A stretch of 64,000 nucleotides of DNA from the NCBI GenBank assembly GCA_018653315.1, contig JABIAL010000021.1, positions 3,029 through 67,028 of the forward strand. Reading direction: 5' to 3'. A program made the translations under genes and the position numbers. Every line of letters begins with the position of its first letter. Position 1 is the stretch's first letter. A model generated the notes under the pieces. It was not told the DNA's origin. It ran no database searches and saw only the letters and a program-made list of their open reading frames with translations. This document shows, in pieces, positions 57,337-64,000 of the stretch. The DNA is from a bacterium. GTDB taxonomy: Bacteria > Patescibacteriota > Patescibacteriia > UBA1558 > GWA2-36-10.

Positions 57337-58134
57337 TTATGCTCTATTTAATAAATTGATTTTTTTGAGATTTTGACGAATTATAGTGTGTATTTTATGA
57401 TTTGTAGCTAGTAATGAAGTAGCTTTTTGTTCCCATTGCTTGTTCTGAAAATCTGTTGTTTTACCACCAGCTTCACGGATTAAAATTATACCAGCGGCTA
57501 TATCCCAAAGCTTTGGTTTAGAGACAATAAGTGCATCAGTGTGTCCGGCGGCTACCATAGCTAGCTCTAAGGTGGTACTGCCAAAATGACGACAGTCACG
57601 AGCATTTTCATGAAGGTGGTGATATATTTTGTAGGCCTGACGATGACTAGCTAAGTCTTGTCCATGACAATAAGTACAAAAAGCCTTTTTTAGTTTGTCG
57701 ATTTTGGAAACTGTTATTTTTTTATTATTACGATAAGCTCCTTGTCCTTTTACTGCCCAATACATTTCATCCAAGATAGGCATATAAGTAACGCCTAAGA
57801 CAACTTTATTTTTGTAAAATAAGCTAACTGAAACAGTAAAGAGAGGATTATGAATTGTAAAATTACTAGTGCCATCTAATGGATCAATGGTCCAAAAATA
57901 ATCACTTATTTTATTATTCAGACCGCTTTCTTCAGACAATAAAGCATAGTCTGGGAAATGTTTATTAAGATGTTTTAAAATAATATCTTCAGATTTTTTG
58001 TCACACCAAGTGACGATTTCATCGGCTGCTTTATACTTAGCTTGACCCCTGGTCCATTTAATAAATTCTTTTTCTAACCAAACGCCAGCTTCTTTAGTGG
58101 CTTTTTTTACAATTTTTAATTCTTTATTATACAT
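57337..58134 (-). CDS. suhB: inositol monophosphatase family protein (SuhB-like)
   Basis: LSEES, WTIDPLDGTSNF and WDIAAG motifs; likely start MYNKELK at 58134. Confidence 0.9.
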   Translation of the reverse strand: MYNKELKIVKKATKEAGVWLEKEFIKWTRGQAKYKAADEIVTWCDKKSEDIILKHLNKHFPDYALLSEESGLNNKISDYFWTIDPLDGTSNFTIHNPLFTVSVSLFYKNKVVLGVTYMPILDEMYWAVKGQGAYRNNKKITVSKIDKLKKAFCTYCHGQDLASHRQAYKIYHHLHENARDCRHFGSTTLELAMVAAGHTDALIVSKPKLWDIAAGIILIREAGGKTTDFQNKQWEQKATSLLATNHKIHTIIRQNLKKINLLNRA

Positions 58135-58189
58135 AATATCCAGATTAAAATGGCGGCGGCGTAAAATTAATAAATAGAAAGACAAAAAA

Positions 58190-58636
58190 TTAAAATACAG
58201 GAAGTACAATGTCACCGCAACCTGTGGATGGAGCACAAAGAATAAATTCACCAGGAGAGCTGTCTATGAGGTGAATTGACAGTACGTAATCTTGATTGGC
58301 GCTAGTTCCTACATTATTCCATTCCCAGCCATCGGCTGGTGGAGGCCAATTTTGCTCGCCACTGCAAATGGATTTATCAATTGCTGGTATTTTTGCTGGA
58401 CCACCGTCATACAAATCACAATCTGGGCAAAGCGCTTTGTCATCATATGCACATAAGATCAGAATAGGCTTAATGACGCTTACGATTTGTTTCATGGCTC
58501 CTCGTCTAGCTTTAGCTCTAGCTGAATTAACACCAATCACACCGACACTAGTAATAATACCAATGATAGCTATAACCACTAATAACTCAACCAGAGTGAA
58601 TCCTAATAAGTTTTTCTTTTTATTTTTATATTTCAT
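58190..58636 (-). CDS. type IV pilin-like protein (prepilin N-methylation motif)
   Basis: Basic leader then G|FTLVELLVVIAIIG class III signal; Cys-rich head. Confidence 0.88.
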   Translation of the reverse strand: MKYKNKKKNLLGFTLVELLVVIAIIGIITSVGVIGVNSARAKARRGAMKQIVSVIKPILILCAYDDKALCPDCDLYDGGPAKIPAIDKSICSGEQNWPPPADGWEWNNVGTSANQDYVLSIHLIDSSPGEFILCAPSTGCGDIVLPVF

Positions 58637-58637
58637 A

Positions 58638-59153
58638 TTAAGCACATGTTCCAGTTACCTTACAGTTATTATTGCAGCAATCAAAATCTATTGAGCAAGC
58701 CTTGGTTGATCCAGCGCAAGCACAAGTTACATCTATTCCTTCTCCGCAATTAGATTCAGTGCAATATATATATTCGTCTGCGTCTGATTTTTTAATTTCA
58801 TAACAAAATTGACCAGTTTGATAAGTTGATTTTGATTTTTGATAAATATAATCATCAAAACTCGCCCAACGCCAACTGTTTAAAAAGTTCCAACACAAAT
58901 ATTCAGGAGGACCTGGTGTATTCGTGCCATTGCATTGTGTTCCAGCGCATTGTAATTCTGAATTACTATCTAAACAAAGCATGGCCATGGTCTGCATGTC
59001 TTTCATTTGAGTTACCACCTTGGTCTTTTCTGCTTTATCGATAGCTGAACGGACATTTATAACACTAACACTGGTCAGAATGCCAATAATGGCAATAACA
59101 ACTAGTAATTCTACTAGAGTGAAACCTAATAAGTTTGTATTTTTATTTTTCAT
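58638..59153 (-). CDS. type IV pilin-like protein (prepilin N-methylation motif)
   Basis: G|FTLVELLVVIAIIG; Cys-rich head ending in CSIDFDCCNNNC. Confidence 0.88.
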   Translation of the reverse strand: MKNKNTNLLGFTLVELLVVIAIIGILTSVSVINVRSAIDKAEKTKVVTQMKDMQTMAMLCLDSNSELQCAGTQCNGTNTPGPPEYLCWNFLNSWRWASFDDYIYQKSKSTYQTGQFCYEIKKSDADEYIYCTESNCGEGIDVTCACAGSTKACSIDFDCCNNNCKVTGTCA

Positions 59154-59649
59154 TTAATAAGATCAATTGTGCTTTTAAGTTGTCTAGGTTTACTATAGCA
59201 AAAGTAGGCATAAAATAAATATTAGCTATGTTTCCTGGGCATAATATTTTTGTATTTCTCCATTTTTCTTCCCATGGTTTATGAGTATGACCGTATAGCG
59301 CTAAATCATATTGTTTTTTTGATTTAGGTAAAGCCTTATTTACTACTTGCGGATAATGAGCAAAAAAAATTTGCTTATTTTCAATCTCAGCTGTGCCAAC
59401 ATTAGGGAACAGGGTAATATTTTTAATTTGTTTTCTGATATTTTCTTCACCTAAAATATCATGATCAACATTACCCATTACAGCCCAACTAGGAATATTT
59501 AGATTATCTATAATTTGCCAAGCCTCTATACTTTGAACATCACCAGTACAAATAAGATAATCAATCTTTTCTTCTTTGATAATACTTAAGGCTTTTTCCA
59601 GATTGGGAATGTTATCATGGATATCAGAAATAACAGCTAGTTTTGACAT
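59143..59649 (-). CDS. YfcE/MJ0936-type metallophosphoesterase
   Basis: ISDIHDN, CTGD, GNVD and GHTH motifs. Confidence 0.92.
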   Translation of the reverse strand: MSKLAVISDIHDNIPNLEKALSIIKEEKIDYLICTGDVQSIEAWQIIDNLNIPSWAVMGNVDHDILGEENIRKQIKNITLFPNVGTAEIENKQIFFAHYPQVVNKALPKSKKQYDLALYGHTHKPWEEKWRNTKILCPGNIANIYFMPTFAIVNLDNLKAQLILLNEK

Positions 59650-59715
59650 AGCTATATTATAACACATTATCTAAGTAAAAACCCTATTAAGATAGACTCA
59701 ATAGGGTTTTAGTAG

Positions 59716-60141
59716 TCATGATACAGTGACATGTTGGATCTCCGGTCCATGTACTAGCATCGCAGTGATGCATCGTTCAGCATCGCCTTGATGAGGACCA
59801 AGTAATGGAAAAAAAGCTCGGCAAAAACGTGTCTGATTGTTTGACCACCAATTTCTAATAAAACTAGGTAGATTGTCTTTTACACCCATTCGGTCACGAC
59901 AATCGCATGAGTCTAGAAAAATTAGCACTTCTAATAGCAGTAGATTGGCGATCTCATTAGTAGTAAGACATACGGGTATTCCTTGTAAATCACTGGCTGA
60001 TTTAAAGTATACCGCCATATGTAAATCACTTACTAATGATTCATGGTGAATTAGCTTCCATCTAAAGTGGCATCTATATTGCTCTAATAGTTCCTGTGAA
60101 AGTGGATTTGTTAGGTCAAGGGTATGTTCTCCTATTTGCAT
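59716..60141 (-). CDS. hypothetical protein
   Basis: Strong AGGAGGAG SD, own hairpin downstream (59677-59710), no recognised motif. Confidence 0.6.
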   Translation of the reverse strand: MQIGEHTLDLTNPLSQELLEQYRCHFRWKLIHHESLVSDLHMAVYFKSASDLQGIPVCLTTNEIANLLLLEVLIFLDSCDCRDRMGVKDNLPSFIRNWWSNNQTRFCRAFFPLLGPHQGDAERCITAMLVHGPEIQHVTVS

Positions 60142-60243
60142 GACTCCTCCTAGTGTTAGTTTTTTTGAAAAAGAGCGGGCTTAAGGGCAAGAATAAGCTT
60201 ATCACTAAAATAATGAATCGTAAAGACTTTGTTTGAGCTAATA

Positions 60244-61455
60244 TTAGAGGTATTTTTTTGCTTTAAATTTATCTGGCCAGTGTTGTTGAGCGGATATTTC
60301 TTCTTTGGTGGCATTAGGAGCATATTTATAGCCCTTGCCATAATTAAGGTTTTTCATTAGCTTGGTCGGAGCATTACGCAAAACCAATGGCACGCCCATA
60401 TGACTAGTTTCAGAGGCATCTTTGGCTGCTTGAGTATAGGCAGTATATAGTTTGTTAGATTTTTTTGTTTTAGCTAGATACACTACTGCTTCAGCTAGAG
60501 CTAATTTACACTCTGGTAAGCCAACAAAATGAACAGATTCTTTAGCAGCAATAGTTATCAATAAAGCATGGCTATCAGCAATGCCAACATCCTCTGAAGC
60601 AAAGCGAATTAAACGACGAGCAATATATAGAGGGTCTTCTCCACCTTCTAGCATACGAGCCAGCCAATATAAGGCGGCGTCAGGGTCTGAGTCTCGTAAG
60701 CATTTATGTAAAGCCGAAATAATATTGTAATGCTCATCAGCATTTTTGTCATAGTACAAAACGGAGCTCTGAATAGCTTCTTTAATATCACTTTCATTTA
60801 AAGTAACTTCTTTTTTACCATGACTGGCAATCTCTAGGGCAGTTAATAGACTACGGGCGTCTCCCATAGAAAAATCTAGTAGAATATTTGTTGCTTTTTT
60901 ATTTAATTTTAATTTTAATTCACCCAAGCCAATTTTTTTGTCAGCCAAAGCCTTTTTTAAAATTTGTTTTAAATCTTTTTCTTCTAAATGTTTTAATGTT
61001 AACACTCGACAGCGAGATAATAGAGCAGAGTTAACAGAAAAAGATGGATTTTCAGTAGTGGCACCAATCAAGGTTAAAATTCCCTGCTCAACATGAGGCA
61101 ATAAGACATCTTGTTGAGCTTTATTAAAGCGATGAATTTCATCTAAAAATAAGATAGTTTTAGTTTGGAAAAAGTTTAGATCTTCCTCGGCTTGTTTAGC
61201 TAATTTTTTGATATCTGCTACCCCAATCAACGTAGCGCTAGAAGCAATAAAGTTTGCTTTGGTATTTTCGGCTATTATTTTAGCTAATGTTGTTTTACCG
61301 ACACCTGGTGGCCCCCAAAAAATTATAGAACTCAAAGAATTATTTTCAAGCATTTGAGTTAAGATTTTCCCAGTTCCCAAAATATGCTCTTGACCAAAAT
61401 AGTGTTTAAGCTCTTTCGGGCGTATTTTATCGGCTAACGGTTTATGATCTATCAT
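60244..61455 (-). CDS. rarA: replication-associated recombination protein A (MgsA/RarA)
   Basis: PLADKIRP, WGPPGVGKTT, DEIHRFNKAQQD, ATTENPSF and SEDVG motifs. Confidence 0.96.
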   Translation of the reverse strand: MIDHKPLADKIRPKELKHYFGQEHILGTGKILTQMLENNSLSSIIFWGPPGVGKTTLAKIIAENTKANFIASSATLIGVADIKKLAKQAEEDLNFFQTKTILFLDEIHRFNKAQQDVLLPHVEQGILTLIGATTENPSFSVNSALLSRCRVLTLKHLEEKDLKQILKKALADKKIGLGELKLKLNKKATNILLDFSMGDARSLLTALEIASHGKKEVTLNESDIKEAIQSSVLYYDKNADEHYNIISALHKCLRDSDPDAALYWLARMLEGGEDPLYIARRLIRFASEDVGIADSHALLITIAAKESVHFVGLPECKLALAEAVVYLAKTKKSNKLYTAYTQAAKDASETSHMGVPLVLRNAPTKLMKNLNYGKGYKYAPNATKEEISAQQHWPDKFKAKKYL

Positions 61456-61599
61456 AAGTTTACCCAGCACCACTTTATTAATGATGACTGATTAATATTT
61501 AAAAAATTAATAAGAAATAATTTTAATAATTGGCTTAGCACCGATTTTCTTAAAAGTGGTGCTGGGTTTATCTTAGCAAGTTTTAGTTATAATAAAAAG

Positions 61600-61626
61600 T
61601 CCCCCTGTTAAGGGGGATTTAGGGGG
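61600..61626. repeat. CCCCC-hairpin-type palindromic repeat
   Basis: TCCCCCTGTTAAGGGGGATTTAGGGGG downstream of tig. Confidence 0.55.
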
Positions 61627-61646
61627 TTGGAGTATATCTTTGAGTT

Positions 61647-62948
61647 TTATTTCCTGCCTGCCGGTAGGCTAGGTACTATTTTTTTGCTAATAAATTCAAT
61701 GATTTTACGGTTGGTCAAAGCATTGGCTAAGTATTGACGATAGTGTGGAGTTTTCAGATCTTTTAAAGCTTGTTCATTGCCTTGGTAGCCAACTTCTTGT
61801 TTTTTTAGCTCATCATCTACTTCTTTAGCTTCTACTTTGATTTTTTCGGTTTCTGCTAATTTACGTAGAACCAAAGCAGCGTTAACTCGTTCCATGGCTT
61901 GAGGTCGGAAATCTTTTTCTAAATCTTCTTGAGTTTTTTTAATAGATTTCAAATAGCCAGCCATTTCCATTCCTTGTTGTTGGATATTGTGTTGCAATTC
62001 ATGAGTCATTTTATGTACCTCTGATTTTATCAATGTCTCTGGTAACGCTTCAATTTTTGCAGCAGACACTACAGTTTCAATTGCTTCTTTTTCTATGCGT
62101 TGTTGTTCTTTTTGTTTTTTTTCTTTGACAATATTTTCTTCAAGTTGTTTTAGTAATGCTTCTTTAGTTTCAAAACCAATACCCTTAGCAAAGTCATCAT
62201 TGACTTCTGGCATGTTTCTTTCGTAAATGCCCAAAACTTTTACTTTGAAGTTAGTTAGTTTGCCAGCTAAATTTTCTTGGAAATATTTATCTGGAAATTT
62301 AAGATCAAAGTTTAATTCATCACCAGCTTTAGTGCCAACAATTTTTTCTTCAAAACCAGGAATCATTTGTCCTTGTCCTAAAATAATTGGATGCTTGCTA
62401 CTTTTACCGCCTTCAATAACAACTTTGTTTATAGAAGCCTCAAAGTCAACTTCTACTTTGTCACCTTGATTGGCTACGCGCTCAACTAATTTTTCTTCTA
62501 CACGCATGTTTGTTAATTGCTCTAAAGTTTTTTTGATATCATCCTCTTCAGCCTTAACTTCTTTTTTCTTCAATTCTTTATTTTGCCATTCACCAAGAGT
62601 AACCTCTGGTAACAAAGAAACTATCGCAGTATAAACAACGGGATTACCAGGAGCTAATTTTTCTACTTTTATTTCTGGCTGGCCAATTGTTTCTATTTTT
62701 TCTTTAGTCACAGCATTATAGAAAGATTCATTTATAATTCCTTCTAAAGCTTCTTGCCAGATATTCATTTCACCGACTTTAGCCTTCACTAAATCATAAG
62801 GAGCCTTTCCAGGACGAAAGCCAGGAATTTTAGTTTGTTGAGCTAATTTAGTAGCTGCTCGATCTAAGTGAGGCTTGATTTCTTCTAAACTAACCTCAAT
62901 TTTTAGTTCAATTTGTTTTTTTTCTAGATCTTTTTTATCAATTTTCAT
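61647..62948 (-). CDS. tig: trigger factor
   Basis: IPGFRPGKAP ribosome-binding motif and FKBP domain (MIPGFEE). Start 62948 is supported by TTGACA-17-TATACT at 63005-62977. Confidence 0.97.
   Translation of the reverse strand: MKIDKKDLEKKQIELKIEVSLEEIKPHLDRAATKLAQQTKIPGFRPGKAPYDLVKAKVGEMNIWQEALEGIINESFYNAVTKEKIETIGQPEIKVEKLAPGNPVVYTAIVSLLPEVTLGEWQNKELKKKEVKAEEDDIKKTLEQLTNMRVEEKLVERVANQGDKVEVDFEASINKVVIEGGKSSKHPIILGQGQMIPGFEEKIVGTKAGDELNFDLKFPDKYFQENLAGKLTNFKVKVLGIYERNMPEVNDDFAKGIGFETKEALLKQLEENIVKEKKQKEQQRIEKEAIETVVSAAKIEALPETLIKSEVHKMTHELQHNIQQQGMEMAGYLKSIKKTQEDLEKDFRPQAMERVNAALVLRKLAETEKIKVEAKEVDDELKKQEVGYQGNEQALKDLKTPHYRQYLANALTNRKIIEFISKKIVPSLPAGRK
61653..61673. repeat. LPAGR-type palindrome, in-frame at the tig C-terminus
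   Basis: CCTGCCTGCCGGTAGGCTAGG (21 nt) encodes PSLPAGR immediately before K-stop. Confidence 0.85.
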
Positions 62949-63063
62949 TAGGTTTTTATCAATTTTAAGTAGGCTGAGTATAGCCAAAATCGTCTTTTTT
63001 GTCAATAAAAAAGACCTACCACGTGGTTGTGATAGGTTCTTTGCTAATGTAAGGTGCATAGGC

Positions 63064-63990
63064 TCAGTCAGGCCATTCTTCTTCTTTATTACCGAAACGA
63101 TCATCGAACAACTTGCCAGCTAAGAGCATTAGATAAGCCAGGAGTTTTCCGCAAGCGATGTAGATGATCAGAAGCAAGTTGAAGTGGAAGTAGCTAAAGT
63201 TTGTTTCCGGTAGCAACATATCTACATAAATAGTGACGTAAACAAGAGCAAGGAGCAATCCATGAACAATGAACATTAGTCCACCCGTATCACCTGAGGA
63301 TTCTAGTGGAGAAAAGAATGCGAATATAAATGATCCCATGATTCCGATGACAGTGAACATCAAGAACCATCCACTGCCTTGATAGGTAACCATCAGATTG
63401 ATGAATATCAAAGCACATAGGTAATAGATAATACTGACCCAACCAAGGGGATGGAAATGTTTTTCTTTGGCTTTGTTGCGAATTATCCAGAATAAGGAAA
63501 AACCCAGTAAAGCTAGCAAGCCAAATAGATAGATTGAGTCGACCTCTTTGTTTGCCGGTAAGTTGTAAGCTGAATATGCGAACGATTCGTTTTTTGGATT
63601 AAAGGTCAGTAAACAAATTATATATTCGCCACTAAGCACTGGTGCCCTCCAAGGAGGTAGTAGTTTGGCGGAGTGCCACTCATATGATTCCAGCTTGTTG
63701 GTGTCAGGCTCCTCACCAATCATTCGACGTAATTGCCAAAGTCTTCGTAGGTCTTGGTGAGTGTTCTCAGGGATGGCATAGGCGGCCTTGAGTTCAACTG
63801 GACGAGTAAGATTGATCTGAATGGTTTCCTGACGATAGAACATCAGAGAGTCGCCAATGATTTGTGAACTCTCTTTAATATTTGATGTGTATGTGCTGTC
63901 TGGTTCTGGCATCGGATCAGCCGATGCACCGACATTAATTAGTAACATTGCCAGGTAAATAAGGTAAAAAAATGACGACTTCATAATCAT
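63064..63990 (-). CDS. hypothetical exported-domain + multi-TM membrane protein
   Basis: Signal peptide (ASA|DP), soluble domain, about 5 C-terminal TMs; AAGGAGG SD. Confidence 0.65.
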   Translation of the reverse strand: MIMKSSFFYLIYLAMLLINVGASADPMPEPDSTYTSNIKESSQIIGDSLMFYRQETIQINLTRPVELKAAYAIPENTHQDLRRLWQLRRMIGEEPDTNKLESYEWHSAKLLPPWRAPVLSGEYIICLLTFNPKNESFAYSAYNLPANKEVDSIYLFGLLALLGFSLFWIIRNKAKEKHFHPLGWVSIIYYLCALIFINLMVTYQGSGWFLMFTVIGIMGSFIFAFFSPLESSGDTGGLMFIVHGLLLALVYVTIYVDMLLPETNFSYFHFNLLLIIYIACGKLLAYLMLLAGKLFDDRFGNKEEEWPD

Positions 63991-64000
63991 CCTCCTTGTC

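Noticed and set aside
62932-62966. 14-nt direct repeat TTTTTATCAATTTT around the tig start and the longer 485-aa ORF call
   Set aside because: Low-complexity AT repeat; a promoter at 63005-62977 and a terminator-like hairpin lie inside the extension, so the true start is 62948.

Overview
AT-rich bacterial chromosome segment that includes the replication origin (yidC-yidD-rnpA-rpmH <> dnaA-oriC-dnaN). It also carries rpoBC, ftsK, recA, polA/holA, tyrS, tig, rarA and cell-envelope genes. Five tRNAs are present: Arg-CCU, Ser-CGA, Cys-GCA, Leu-UAA and Gly-GCC. There is a tandem array of VirB2/TrbC-like pilins, two type IV prepilins and a glycogen-type cluster (glgA-GH57-kinase-kinase-glgA-galT). 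Gene content, the pilin array and mostly SD-less leaders suggest a Patescibacteria (CPR, Parcubacteria-like) genome using code 11; this is inference. I found no CRISPR array, prophage, integrase or transposase. The most striking unexplained signal is a set of short GC-rich palindromic repeats in several families (CCTGCCTGCCGGCAGGCAGG; CCCTTCGACnnnCTCAGG; others). They sit in three kinds of site: (i) in-frame inside proteins (FtsK, trigger factor, a P-loop kinase), (ii) in loops of terminator hairpins, and (iii) fused to duplicated 5' ends of three different tRNA genes, about 90-105 nt upstream of the intact tRNA. This suggests a hairpin/tRNA-targeting micro-element system whose mobilising enzyme is not in this window.
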